Shown: piece by piece, positions 49,901-63,900 of the stretch
Layout of the letters: the number at the start of each line of letters is the position of its first letter
How positions within the stretch are numbered: the first letter of the stretch is position 1
Assembly (NCBI RefSeq): GCF_001194135.2
Contig: NC_068990.1
Span: 81,670,233 to 81,734,232 of the forward strand
Source of the DNA: Octopus bimaculoides
Lineage: Eukaryota
Direction of reading: 5' to 3'
DNA length: 64,000 bases
The notes under the pieces: model-generated
Told to the model about the DNA's origin: nothing
Database searches by the model: none
The model's input: the letters and a program-made list of their open reading frames with translations, nothing else
Translations under genes and position numbers: made by a program

Positions 49901-52810
49901 TTTGATAAATCCTGTTGAAGTCAGCTTTGTACCTTTCATCCTTTCAGATTTGATTTTTACAAAATACCAATCCAAAGCAGTGTAAGAACATTGAACTGAA
50001 TGCCTTGTAGTATTTGTTCTGGCTCCTTGCATTCTGAGTTAAATCCCACCATGGATTACACAAATGGCAGACTTAATCTGTTTCCTGATTCAATACACCA
50101 CCAGGCACATTGAATACCTTTAGCAAAGTCCTCTCTGGTGCAAATGCTCAGTCTAGGTCTCTAGATTGATGGTACTATTCTTCCTCCCTCCCACCAATCT
50201 CAGAGACCTCGTAAAAGCTCATGAGCATTGTTCTCCCTCCTAACTAAAAGAAAAAAATAAAAGTATCGAGTATTACATTATCAAATAAATGTGTCACCCT
50301 TTTTTTAAGATGATAGAGTGGAGACTTGGTCACTATTTCTCGCAGGTTGAGCATCTAGATAGAAGCTTTCATTTGAATGCACCATTAAGTTTAATCCCTG
50401 TATCATCCAATATGTTTTTTGACTTTACTGATGGATGATATATTTCAAAGAACATTAGGCTGCTATTTCTTGCAGATCAAGCCATCAAAGCTTCCATACT
50501 GGTTTGTAGTTTATAATTTTAAAACTAACGGCAAGTACTGTGAGAGAGGAGTAAGATCTCTCAGTAAAAGCAGTTATTCCCTTAGTTTTTGATTCACTTT
50601 TGAAGAGGCCAAAGCTTTCTGGGGCAGTATCCATATCACACTTTTTCACAACAAAGACAAATGAAGCTCTGACAAGAGGACTTGCACTGGATAATTTACT
50701 GTAATCAGTTTGTTACTAGATTGGTAGTTTACAGTTATGAGTTCAAAATATTACCAGAGTCAAGTGCAACCATCACTTTGATTTTTATTTTACTAATTTA
50801 GTCTAAGGAGGAATGACTACTGAGACTAATGGAGAAATGGAAGAACAAATCATGACACATAGTTTCTCCTTAAAATGTCGATCTGGTCTGAAATGCAACT
50901 GAGTGGATTATGTTGAGGACAGCCAAGATCCAATCAGTGGCAATGCTAATACAAGTGACAGATTTAGTCTACCAACCATTAGATACATTATCAACTTGTT
51001 GAAAAGTTAGTTGGTTGAAGCATCAATGCTTTCCAGGGTTAATAATAATCATGTCTCGGTTATGTATTATTTATCTCTCTTACAAAATAGATTTTGAGTT
51101 TGGACCGAGACGTAAGAAATCAATTTTGAAAGAAAGAATAGAAGGGAAAGGAAGAAATGCTTTTAGCCTAGCATCCTTATGCTGCCTGATGGTAAAAAGG
51201 TATAATAGGACTTTGTTGATGTTAAGCCTCAGTTAGGCTTGTTTGAACAGATTTATGGTCAAAAGTATTCTATCAATGACCTAACTGTCAAACAGTTTAC
51301 CTAGGACTATGTTAGCCCAATGTGTTTCTTTTTTTTTTCTTTTTCAAGTCAGCAGAATGTAGTTTGAGTTTAAGATTTGGCTAGTATCTCTAGCAAATTG
51401 AGCAACCATGTAGAAGCTTCAATTGTTAGGTCGATAATATGATTGTTGTTCAAGAAAATATTAGTGCATTAACGATAATTTTTCAACAAGTGGTTGATAA
51501 CGTAGCTAATGATTCTAGTTTCTCAGTAGATATTGGTTGACGTGTGTAATTGAATGCTTTACAACTAACTCAGTTTTTATCAATATTACTGAACTGTTTA
51601 ACATATCGTCTGCAAATATATTCTGTTTCATTTCTTATTGGAGTCAAGATTCTTATCTTGTTTCTCATTGTTAATTCAGTCATAGGAAATTATAATATAT
51701 GCATATTTATTCATTTTTTTTTTTGTTTTTTTTGTTCTTGTTTTCTTTTTTGCTTTATAGCTGCATTACAATCGTTAACTTAGATTCATCTTAGGTTCAT
51801 TATATATGTCTGCTGCAGCAACAGAATCATACACTTCGTGTTTTTTTTTTTTTATTAATATAATTCATGTTATTGTTACATGTTGGTGTTGTTGCGTTGC
51901 TATGAAATTCGCTTCCGTTTCCATAGATAAGTTTATCCCCTCATCAGATGCCCCTGTGGCAAATAAAAGAAATATTTGTTGTTGTTATTGTCATTATTAG
52001 TGGTAGTAGTGGCACATTACTTTAGACTGGGTCTTTGGATTCATATCATATTTTCTGTTAGATAAAAATCAGTTAATTTCCTCCTGTCTTTTGGTTTTAA
52101 CTGCAGTAAAGCTAAGCTTAGCAGCTGCATATTCAGCTTTGTCATTATTGGTGTGTTCCTTCTGTCAGAATATGAGACAAACATCTTTGCAAGTGAGAGG
52201 TGTCATGCATTTCAACCAAGTAAATCACTTTGTTTGGCTTATATAATTATCAGTGCATTTTATAACCGGTAAACGTATTTTCTACTTTAGATTTTTTAAT
52301 TTCAATTTATTTCATTTTCACATTGAATTTTTTCTTTTCGAATTTTCTCTTATTGAATTTTTTGTTTTGGGGAACGTTTAGGTATATTTGGTGCCCAACC
52401 CAGAATAACATTAGTGCTTCAAGTCAATGGGAAAGAGAAGAGCCTACCCAGTTGCTTAACCAGCTAGAAATAGCAGCTAAATTCTTTCAACTCACACCCA
52501 AGTGTCTTAAAATCAAGACACATTGGCTTGTAGATTCAAATATGTTGATATGTAGTTTCACATATGTAGATTCAAATATACAAAAAGATGAGAAAGGCTG
52601 ACCTGGTGTTAAACAACAACACCAGGTTTTTGAGTATTTTTAGCAGACTTCACATTTTGCAAGCATTCAAATAAAATCTATTTTTTCTTGCAAACATCAA
52701 CATGCATATGTTTAAGCAGAGGATTGGTATCTACAGAATAAAACAAGAATACTGAAAAGTATACAGTAAAAGAGCTATAGAAAGGAAAGGTGCTTAAGCT
52801 TGTTAAGAGT

Positions 52811-53094
52811 ATCATCATCATCATCATCATCATCATCATCGTTTAACGTCCGCTTTCCATGCTAGCATGGGTTGGACGATTTTACTGAGGACTGGTGGAC
52901 CTGGTGGCTACACCAGGCTCCATTCTGATTTGGCAGAGTTTCTACAGTTGGATGCCCTTTCTAACGCCAACCACTCCGAGAGTCTGGTGGGTGCTTTTAC
53001 ATGCCACCGGCACTAAGGCCAGTCAGGCGGTACTGGCAACGACCACGCTCGAAATGTTATATTTTACGTGCCACCTGCGCAGGAGCCAGTCCAG
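52811..53094 (-). mobile_element. Family A retroposon
   Basis: Reverse complement of the conserved 3' module plus internal units. Confidence 0.92.
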
Positions 53095-54646
53095 TGTTTG
53101 TCCTGACAATGAACAACTGATGCAGGTTGTTTTTTTTTCATACTTTGACAATTCTGAGCATGTAAAAAATATATCCAAAAGTCCTGGGTTCTGCTTTTCT
53201 GATGATTATAGTCAATAATAAATATGACCATAGTCAGTTACATAGATGCGTATATAGCTGGTTTTGTAGATGTGTCATTCAATTCAATTACAGCACACTA
53301 GACCAGTGTCTTTAACTGTAGTCCTGGGTTAACCAATTCTTTATGAGTAGAATTTGCTAGACAAGACTATTGTACAAATAATATAAATGTGTGCGCATGT
53401 GTATTCGTGTATATGTGTATATATAACACTTCTACACATTCTCTTTCTCTTTCGCTATCTACCCCCACCCCCAATCACACATACACAAGCAAGACGTGTC
53501 CTCCAACCTATACAGGAAAGCAATAATTTTCAATAAGAGCTGATCTGGGCTGTGACAACCCATCTAACTCCTGTCAGCATGGAAAATGAATGAAAATGGA
53601 TGATGATGATGATGGTGATGGTGATAGTGATTTTGCATGTATAAATCTTTCACTTATATTGTAAAGCTGGTAACATTGACCACAAAACTGAAAAAAGAAA
53701 AAAAAGCAGTACTTTTTGAATGAAGTCCTTGCAGCATTTGTTCTGCACTGACTTACAGACACCTGCTTCATCACACTCACAATCTCCAGAGCAGTGAACA
53801 GTGTTTAGGCCTCTTGGAACAAGCAATCATTGTTCTTCAGCTATTGTATAAATATTCAACAGATAATTATTCAGATTTTATGCCACTGAAATTGTATCCT
53901 TTTGTTTAACTTATGCTGGCTGACTTTTAAGCTTATATCATAAGTAGTCTTGATATATCTGCTATTTCCTTGACATAAAAACACCACCTTTTCTTTTAAG
54001 AGATAAAACTAAAATACTTTTATTGTTAAAACTTATTTCCAAATATATTTTTGCAGAAAAAGGTTGTGCCAATGTTCATTATATATATATATATATATAT
54101 ATANNNNNNNNNNNNNNNNNNNNNNNNNNNNNNNNNNNNNNNNNNNNNNNNNNNNNNNNNNNNNNNNNNNNNNNNNNNNNNNNNNNNNNNNNNNNNNNNN
54201 NNNNNNNNNNNNNNNNNNNNNNNNNNNNNNNNNNNNNNNNNNNNNNNNNNNNNNNNNNNNNNNNNNNNNNNNNNNNNNNNNNNNNNNNNNNNNNNNNNNN
54301 NNNNNNNNNNNNNNNNNNNNNNNNNNNNNNNNNNNNNNNNNNNNNNNNNNNNNNNNNNNNNNNNNNNNNNNNNNNNNNNNNNNNNNNNNNNNNNNNNNNN
54401 NNNNNNNNNNNNNNNNNNNNNNNNNNNNNNNNNNNNNNNNNNNNNNNNNNNNNNNNNNNNNNNNNNNNNNNNNNNNNNNNNNNNNNNNNNNNNNNNNNNN
54501 NNNNNNNNNNNNNNNNNNNNNNNNNNNNNNNNNNNNNNNNNNNNNNNNNNNNNNNNNNNNNNNNNNNNNNNNNNNNNNNNNNNNNNNNNNNNNNNNNNNN
54601 NNNNNNNNNNNNNNNNNNNNNNNNNNNNNNNNNNNNNNNNNNNNNN

Positions 54647-54768
54647 CCATGCTAGCATGGGTTGGACGACTTGACTGAGGACTGGTGAAACCGGATGGCA
54701 ACACCAGGCCCCAATCTAAATTTGGCAGAGTTTCTACAGCTGGATGCCCTTCCTAACGCCAACCACTC

Positions 54769-54770
<2 letters not shown>
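54647..54770 (-). mobile_element. Family A retroposon fragment after a gap
   Basis: CCATGCTAGCATGGGTTGGACG...GCTGGATGCCCTTCCTAACGCCAACCACTC. Confidence 0.88.
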
Positions 54771-54802
<32 letters not shown>

Positions 54803-55934
54803 CACACACGCACACACATGTATATAAACATACACACACACACAGGCTTTATATTTTGTTTTTACACCCTTTGTTTTCAAGAAAATAATGGTGCCTCTGT
54901 GTGAATGTGCAACTTAATAGATATAACACATTACTCTGCTAAAACCAAGGCATCAGAAGTTCCCCGTCCACTTTATTTCCCCCCACTACTTAGGAAAACC
55001 TCCTCAGAATTGGTCCTGTTCTCTCTTCAGCTTCTTTAAATAAAATTTGAAGAAGTTGATGAGAACTTGGCTAAAGAGGAAAATGCATGTGTTCAAACCT
55101 TTCAGATGACTATCACCCCAGCCACCAGATAGAAGAAGACTAGCTGCCCTTCTCTGCCAGAGGATAGTGACATGTCAGTGTGGCCATAGGTTTTAGTCAG
55201 ATCTCTCCTACACATGACAATTGCTGTTTGATATAAACCCACAAGTATCTAATATATGGTTATTAAAGTCACACTGCGAATGTAACTGAGTAAATAAAGA
55301 AAAGTAAAGTTTTATTAGGATATTCTCTGGATATTTTCTTTTATTTTATTTGGAAATATTGAGCCTCTAAGTGTTAGTGCTTGGCTGTGATTTCATGTGA
55401 ATTGGACAAGTGATAAATCTTTTCCTCTGATAAGTTGGCAATCTATTGCAGATAACAAAGACATTCACGCCCTAATCCTCAACTTACAGCTTACCTGATA
55501 AGGGTAATGTAGAATAAAGTGGTCTTTTTGATAAACAAATGGAACACCAAGCCTGGGTTTAGGTTTAGGACTTATGGGCAAATAATTCAAAACCCTACTA
55601 TCTTGCTTCTTATATTGATGACTCATTTTCTGTTTTCAAATTATTCTTGAATTACAAGATGAAATTAACTGGTACCAAAAAAAAAATAATAATAAAAAGG
55701 AAAAACCATCAACTGCATCATTTTCATGTCTACTTTTCCATTCTTGCTTGGGTCTGACAGGATTTACTGAAGCAGATTTCTCTAGCTTGATGCTCTTCCT
55801 GTCACCAACCCTCGCCTGTTTTCAAGCAGTGCAATTTGTAACCACTACTATGATGCTGATATTTGTTTACAATTGGCACTTGGTATCTAAACAAGAAGAC
55901 TGAAACACTAACATACACACACACACTATACAAT

Positions 55935-56090
55935 GTGTTTCAGTTTCTGTCTACCAAATTCACTCACAATATTTTGATCAGCCTGGGGCTATAGTAGAAT
56001 GCACTTGCTTCAAGATACCACCCAGTGGGGATGAATATAGAACTTTTTGGTTGGAAACGAAACTTCTTAACCACACAATTATGGTTGTGC
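55935..56090 (-). mobile_element. SINE family B head half, diverged
   Basis: TTCAGTTTCTGTCTACCAAATTCACTCACAA...GGCTATAGTAGAA...TAACCACACA. Confidence 0.65.
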
Positions 56091-56690
56091 CATCATGCAA
56101 AAATGACTGAAAGATGTTATGGACATAGCCCTTCTTTTCTGACTCATTCAAAGCATTAAAAAAATATGAAATCCATTTACTTTATTTTAATTGATAAAAC
56201 TAAATGGTATATGTCAGTTGATTAATATACGTGTATAAAGCAATGTAATATTAAATCTCATACAAGAAGGTATCATAGTGTATTGTGAAACCATCCAATG
56301 TTTTTATTCTGTCAAGGACTACACGGTCCAATGAATCTTTCCTTTTTTGAAAGTCATTATTTATAGCCGGCCAAGCAAGCAGGCTCTCTAATGAGTTAGT
56401 TCAAGTAATGATCATTATGTTGCAGTTCAGTAAGGTTTTAAAATGGATATTTTGGAATTATTTTTGAAACTTTTGTCTCAAAATTGGAAATGTATGCTTT
56501 AGTAGCTTAGTAGCTTAGGTGATGGCTGCTGTATGAAAAGTCCTATTGTACAATTTCACCAGGCAAGAATTTATTGTACAACCTCTCTATATGTAGTGCT
56601 CTATAGTATAACTCCTTAAAATTTAAACCAGTCATATCCAGCCTAAATATTCTACCTGGTCAGATCCAACCTTTCACATGTATCTTACAA

Positions 56691-56888
56691 TCATCATCAT
56701 CATCATCGTTTAACGTCCGCCTTCCATGCTAGCATGGGTTGGACGATTTGACTGAGGACTGGTGAAACCGGATGGCAACACCAGCTTCCAATCTGATTTG
56801 GCAGAGTTTCTACAGCTGGATGCCCTTCCTAACGCCAACCACTCAGAGAGTGTAGTGGGTGCTTTTACGTGTCACCTGCACGGAGGCC
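56691..56888 (-). mobile_element. Family A retroposon, 5'-truncated
   Basis: (CAT)n plus reverse complement of the conserved module. Confidence 0.92.
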
Positions 56889-57330
56889 AAAATAAAAAAT
56901 CATATCATCAAAATCTCAAAGCTATGAAATAATGCATAATTAATTCAAAACAGTGTGAATTCATCTCACAATTGGTCAACTTGATTTTATAGCAGATAAC
57001 AATTACCCAAGACACTTTACAATGGGAGAAAATCCTAAGGTTCAAAGGCAAACTTGTTAAGCACATGGCTATGCCTACACCTATCTATCTATCTGTGTGT
57101 GTGCACATGCATGCAGATATGATTGTGTAGTAAAGAAATGTTTGTATTGTAACCATGTTACCTAGAGTAAATAAATGTCTTCTACTAAAGGCCTGGGTCA
57201 ATAAGTGTCTTGCATTTTGTAGATGTGTGTTGCAAGAAGCACATTGTATAGGTGTGTGTGTATTTGAGTGAAATCATGATTATGTTGATATTCCTTGTTG
57301 ACATTATGCCAGCTGCTGTGCACTTTCAAT

Positions 57331-57532
57331 GACTTCTGATAAGTTCCTGGCTTTGGGTGAAAGAAAATCCTGGAGATAATTCTGACGTAACATATTCCCC
57401 TCTCAGATTTACACGCTTATTGCAGTGGTACTTCAGTTTTCCTAAGTCCTGTAAAGATCTAGGAAGGTTAGCCTCTAACCAGGCCTTTTGCAATAACCCT
57501 TAAGGCCAGGATCTTTTCAGGGCTCCCACGTA
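57331..57532 (-). mobile_element. Mariner-derived MITE
   Basis: Imperfect TIRs (CTGATAAGTTCCTGGCTTT vs CTGAAAAGATCCTGGCCTT). The minus frame LGKLKYHCNKRVNLRGEYV resembles the mariner C-terminal WxKCVxxxGxYVE. Confidence 0.7.
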
Positions 57533-57670
57533 AAAAAAAATATCTTACTTGAAAATGGTGGTCTACAACAGGAAATGCTTCTGACTATAAAAACCTGCCT
57601 TAGATAATTCCAGCTAATCCATACTTGCTCATTCTCTTGCTTTCTCAATATTTATATATGTGTATATATA

Positions 57671-58327
57671 CAGGGTGCGATGGGTAAATTGTCCCCATTT
57701 TATATTTTTAATTTTGCACATGCGAAAGAGTGATAAAAATCAAACTTTCAGTCAACATCATGGTGTTTGGTGTGATCATTAGTGATGGCAACATTATGCC
57801 TCCATTTATCTTCCCACACAGCCTCAGACTCAACACAGAGGCCTACATCAAGTGTCTGGAGGCGGTAGTGCTGCCCTGGTCAAGAGGGTGGCTGCTGGAA
57901 GGCCCTACGTCTGGCAACAGGACTCTGCACCATGCCACAGAAGTAGGAGAACCCAGTCGTGGCTGTCAGACAATTTCTGTGACCACATCACCCCTAACAT
58001 CTGGCCACCTAACTCTCCAGACTGAAACCCCTTGATTATTATGTGTGGGGCACAGTTGAGCGAGAGACCAACAAAACTGCTTGTAACACTAAAGATTATA
58101 CAAGGGCAAGGATTATGGCAGCATTCACCAACTTAAACAAGGAGACCATCCAGAAGAGTTGCAAGAGATTCGTGGTTGAAACCAATGGACGATTTTATTG
58201 AATAAATTTACTCTTTAGTATTCCAAGATATTTTGTGTAATTTTGGTAAATATATCTGTTAAAATGAGATGTCAGTGTTATTTTAATTTTTGCTTAGTTT
58301 AGATGACAGTTTATTCACCATACCCTG
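57671..58327 (+). mobile_element. Internally deleted DD37D (maT-type) Tc1/mariner element with both TIRs
   Basis: TA|CAGGGTGCGATGGGTAAATTGTC...GACAGTTTATTCACCATACCCTG|TA. Retains IMVFGVIISDGNIMPP and, after a frameshift, WQQDSAPCH...WPPNSPD*NP. Confidence 0.92.
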
Positions 58328-60569
58328 TATATATATATCCATATATACACAAACTCACACACACATTTACAGTGTGACACAAATGTCACATTACTTTTGA
58401 GACTTAAACTTTTTTTAATAAAAAGATAAAGGAATTTTCTCTTTAGATATATTTATTTTGGCTCTTGAAAATTAAACGACTCATGGAATATGACATTCTG
58501 TAAACCTCCTCCACTACTTTGCAGAGTCAAACACTTTTGAGGCAGTGTACTAAAACACCTTTAATCCAATGTACAGTTGGGCACTTCTCCATGTTGAATC
58601 TTTAATCCAATGTACTGGTGCGCACTTCTCAATGTCCCAGATTTTATTTTTAAAGAACTGCAACAGAAATAATTAAGATTATAATTAAAAAGTAATTCAA
58701 ATTTTAAAGTGTAAAGTGATTTCAGTGGTGCCCTGTGCTCATTTGTATGTATGTGTGTTATTTATCAATTAAAATTCAAAGAAAGGAAACCAAAATAATT
58801 GAAAAATTTAGGGTTTAACCACAACCACAAAGATGTTGAAAGTTTGTTAAACTAGTGAAAAATTGACTATTCTTCAAAATACATTTTCTTTTGGATTTTT
58901 TGAAGTAGTTAGTGATAAAAGATAGGAGATAAAACTGACAGTGTTTATGTGAAGACAGTATATATGTGATGATAACAAATACTTATATGCTGACAGCAGT
59001 GTTTATACAAGAAATAGTACTTATATCTTGACAACTGATTGTTTTAATCTGCAATAGAGGGTGCTTATATTACAATAACTGATAGTGTGTATATGGTGAT
59101 AGCAAAGGGTGTTTACGTGATGACAGGCAGGAATACCATTTAGCAGCAACAGTAAAAATAAGAAAATGAAATAAAAAACAATACAGTCATTTCCTTCTTT
59201 GATACATAACTTCTCTCTTGTCAATGTTTAAGGCCTAATACATTGCTCGGTTTATCCTACCTCTTGATCTGTTGGGGTGAGGGTTTACTCACATCCATTC
59301 TGGCCACCCCCACTGCCGATTGTTTTTTTTTTCTTACAGATATTCATTTGGAAATGTTTGGTGTAGATATCATTGAATGTATCATCAGTTTAACCAATTG
59401 TGAGGACCAATAAATGCCATGGAGTCAATGCCTCTCCTCGCTGGATTGACTGCCATGAAAATGTTTTTATCACCTATGTACCAACAGGAATATAGTGAAA
59501 ACCTAATATTTACGAGATAAATCTTTTGTACAGATTGTTATACTACTAAACCTCCAAAATATAAAAAAGTACAAAAATATACCAAACATATCTTCATTTG
59601 TTGGTAGGATTAATCTGGTGCCCAGTTTCACACATCACCCCCAGTTTTTGGGTGCCTTTATCATGGTGTATACATTCTGTTGAAAGTATCTGGGTCAGAT
59701 CTCCAGTTTGAAGTTAACCTCTTCCTTTTTCATCAGTTTTGGAGGCTCTCAAAAAGGATCATGGTTGCTACCCTGCCTCCTATGGCTAGGCATTTTAGAG
59801 GAAATAAAGAACTAGGATGACTGAATAAGCAATCTGTTATCATATAAACAATATATAAAGATAACAGACTGTTTATTCAGTCATCCTTTGAAATATTTTC
59901 AGACATATATATCTTTGGTGAAGAAAATGAATTTGGTCAAGTGTTGGTCAATGCTGTAGCATCATCACTTTAATATCTGGAATAGTGCCATTGGGATATA
60001 TAGAATTGCCCTTTTGGCATCTATTCCCAACTTTTGGAACCCAGTCAAACAATTGTTATGGTGTATGTATCTATGTATAGTTGTGTCTGAGATCATATGC
60101 ATGTGTGTCTGTGATAACTAGAACCATACAACAGATTTCATGCCACACTGCTTACATGTTATTGTAATATTCTAATATTTATTGATTTCTTGCTGAAATT
60201 AAAATGAATTCTGGATGAGATAAGTTGTATAAAATGTAAGGGATAGGTTTTGAAAATCCTTACTTGTCACACACACACACATATATGCACATCACATACA
60301 AGTGCTGTTGTCTAATGTCAATCAGGAAGACTGTATGATATCACATAAGCAGCCAGATATAGCAACCAAATTCCCTCAAATCATAGCTTACAAGAAGGAA
60401 ATAACATAATATAGTCCAAGACTTACTGTGTGAATAAAAAAAGCCAGTTGATAATGGTTGGAATTCCTTTATCATATATCTATGTATTAGGATCAATGCA
60501 AAAAAATTGAATTCTGTTATTGATTTTATGTAGGGAATGCTGTTAGTCTTCTCAGATCAGTGAAATTTA

Positions 60570-60985
60570 TGTGGATAATACTCCTCTTGAAAACTTGTAA
60601 GTCAATGACTGTACTGATGAAATTTCAGGGGAAGGGGCCAATGTCCGGGGAATAAAGGTATGGGTACTGTTGTTAGTGTGAAGCCTGGTGGTAGTGGAAA
60701 ATGTGGACACAATATGGGTGAAGAGTAGAGAAATATGAGTATGTTGGGAATGCTTGATGCAGATAGCCTGTAACCACTTATTCCTGAGAAGCAGTGGCTA
60801 TTGTAGTAGTCAGTCAGAAAAGGCAGAAAGAGAAGAAAGTGTCTGTGAGCCAGAGGTTGACTGTTGGTAAGTGGCTTCATGTCTATCAGTTAGGTGTAGT
60901 TTTTCTTTGGATGCAGTCAAGGATGTCTGTGTGTGTAGCTGCAGCACTCCAATGTGGGTCTCATCTGAGCGTTATATAGGTATAT
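60570..60985 (-). mobile_element. CR1/Zenon-like LINE 3' fragment
   Basis: LYNAQMRPTLECCS, ILDCIQRK, LTNSQPLAHR, YYNSHC, DLQVFKRSI across frames. Confidence 0.75.
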
Positions 60986-63479
60986 TGATGCCTTTGGGAA
61001 AAAAGATTTTTATCAGTTAAGCCCCGTGAAAAGGCATTCTGTTTTGTATAAATTGTTAGTAAAAGTTTTCACAGTTTACATCATCATAAGGAGTCATAAA
61101 GAAGTAATATTTTGTCACAACTTTGAAATATTGCTTGAGTCTAAAGGTTTCTAATTAACAGATTAATTGGCTTCAAAGAAAGGCTAATTTTATTTTAAAA
61201 TATTGAAATGATTTATGACATTATAAAGTAAATAAATAGGATTTTGTATCATTGTAAATATAATGGAGAGGTATTATTTAGTGAAAGCTTATCACAAGCA
61301 TATGTTAGTATGTAAAGTTAAACGTGGCTTCAGAACTTAACAAAGTGCATGGACTGAATGACAAAATAATGAATCGGTTGATACATCTTAAGTTTTAATT
61401 TTTATTGTTTTAAATTCTAATAGAGAAGAAATATTCATACATATGTCATAAAAGAATTATTTAACCCCTAAGTATTAACTGATTGAGAACTATGATGAAA
61501 GCACTCTGAACTTAACTGTTCCACCTTTATACTCCTCTGTAACCCAGACTATATTAGCCAAAGTATCTTCACCTTTTTAAGAATGATAGGGTTATTATTT
61601 GAGGGAGAACTTTTTTGATATTTGTAACAGTTTAAATCACCATATAGAAGTCTTTTTGTTGGCATGGTTTGTTCATTTTTCTGTTTTTTCATCCTAGCAT
61701 GGGTTAGATAAATATATATTATTGAGGTGCCCTTTTTGTTGTTAATTCTTACCTGATTTTTAAAGCAAGGGATGTCCTATTCCACATGTACTTGAAAGTA
61801 CACTGGACAACTTGTTGAAAGGCAAATCACAAAAGACTTTATCACTTGTAGCACACATCCTTTTCATTAGCAGCATTCAAAACAAAAATGTTCAAAGGCA
61901 CCCACCCCTATATATCTATATACACATACACACATAATATATATATGCAGATATATATATATATATGCATGTGTGTGTGTGCATAAGTATGCATATACAC
62001 AATGGTCTTCATACAGATTTTGTTTATTAAATTCATTCACAAGGCATTGATTAGCCCAGAGTTACAGAAGACACTTGTTCAAAATACTAAGCAGTAGGAC
62101 TTAACTCAAAACCACATGGTTAAAAAGCAAACTTTTTAACCACACAGCTATGTCTTCAAAGTGATATTAATTTTACAGCTAGCTAGATTGAGCTAAATAA
62201 ACTCCTCATTATCATCATCATCATTTAACATCTGTCTTCCATGCTGGCATGACTTTGGCTAAGAGAAAATATTGTGATTCTTGGAAAGTGTTGACTGAAA
62301 TCATGTAAAACACTTCAGTAGCTTGACTGCATCATCAAACAATAGAAGCTTTGGATTCAACAGACTGTGTGCTGTATGCTAAAACTATGGCTGTGTATGA
62401 TGAAGAGGACAAATCTTCACAGAAAAAAATACAAAAATCAAGTTAGAACACATGTTAATTTGATGAGTTGTTAGGACTTAGGAATTGACAGATTTGTAAA
62501 TACATGATTTCTTAATTAGGCATAAAACTTTGAAGTTACAGAAGCAGCGACATGAAAAGTTGTGGAGTTGAGGCAGTTCTTAAGTGAGTAAGAGATTTAA
62601 CTGTGCAACTGAAGGTGAACTATGGAGGCAGTCATTGGAGATGATAAAATGTCATGCTTAGACATGTTAATATGTCTCGTTTAGTTAATGACTACTCTTA
62701 GCTGTGTCATGTAGTTTACAGTTCAGCATCATCTGAAAGAGATGAAATCTCTACCTTTACTAATTAGCTTCACCTTCTCTTCAAGCTTTTGCTGCATGAA
62801 TAAATAACTGAATCATAATTCACTTCAGTCAGCTCTACATGTAAGTCATCGGAAAATGGTATGAACTGAGATTATGTTTTAAATGCACATATAATACTAT
62901 AATAATAATGATAATAATAATAAGGAAGAATGATTTGAATCTTTGTAGCAAGGGTTAAATAGAATAATAGTGGTTAGCACTGGTAAAATAAAAATATCAA
63001 GTGCATTACTCTCATCAAATCCATGCCGTCATACAAGAATAAAACAATGTAAAATTATGATTGTTTTATATGGTAGTAGAAGATAATAATGAACAGTTGG
63101 CTACTGTAGTTGTTCTGGATAAAGTTTGCTATGTAAAGAAAATGATGAAGTGTAGAATAAATTCAGTTGATGGGAGTAGAAAATGTAATAAAAAATTCCC
63201 AAGATTGTATTCTATCACCCATGAGTTTCTGACTGTAATATCTAAAATCCAATTATAAATTACAAAATTGTCTCAAATGCTCAGATGGTTCAAGTATTGG
63301 CTTTTTATGTTATTTAAAAATCTTTCACAAAATGCTCTCAGAAACTAGTACACTTGAAATAGTTGAACCTCTTTTAAAAAGCAGAAAAATAACCCCAGAA
63401 TAGAATTTTTCTGAATAGACCTTCAGAAAAATAACCTCCCTAATTGAAAGTGCTTTTATTAGGGAAACTTACAAATAAA

Positions 63480-63900
63480 AGTTTGGTTTTTATCGAAGAA
63501 TGGTTCACATGTAATGATTAGTGAAATAACTAAAAGAAGGAGTAATTCTGGAAAAGTCAGTATATCTTTAGTTATATACATATATTTTGTGTAATCATGG
63601 ATGTTTGAATATAAATGTACACTGATCTGGTAAATTGTGGAATTTAAGAATAAGAATTTATAAAACTTCACTTGTTGAAAAAACTATTAAACTTTTAGAA
63701 ACAAAGCTTACTGAATTCAAACTTGGTTTGAGAAAAAAATTCCTTTAATGATAACTGATAGAGAAAATGCCATGGTTAAATTTGGTTAGGATATTAACTG
63801 CACGCATCAATTATGTTATTTGGACTTCATTTGGCTGTTTGTGATATTCTTTCTAAGGAAACTGAATCAAATTGCATGCAATGAAACTACTTTAAAACAT
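63480..63900 (+). pseudogene. hAT transposase relic (hATm-like)
   Basis: GKVSISL, CLNINVH*SGKLWNL, KLTEFNL, ITDRENAMVKFG*..HQLCY, then frameshift to GLHLAVCDIL. Resembles the hAT TDGAxxMxKFG...HQLCYAHGIHLAVCD catalytic block. Extent uncertain. Confidence 0.6.

Noticed and set aside
51900-51955. Minus-strand CUGAUGA...GAAAC resembling a hammerhead core
   Set aside because: No closing stem II pair, no UH after stem III and no stem I complement.
58555-58640. ~41-bp tandem duplication (CTTTAATCCAATGTAC...GCACTTCTC)
   Set aside because: Two copies only, most likely slippage within an old repeat fragment.
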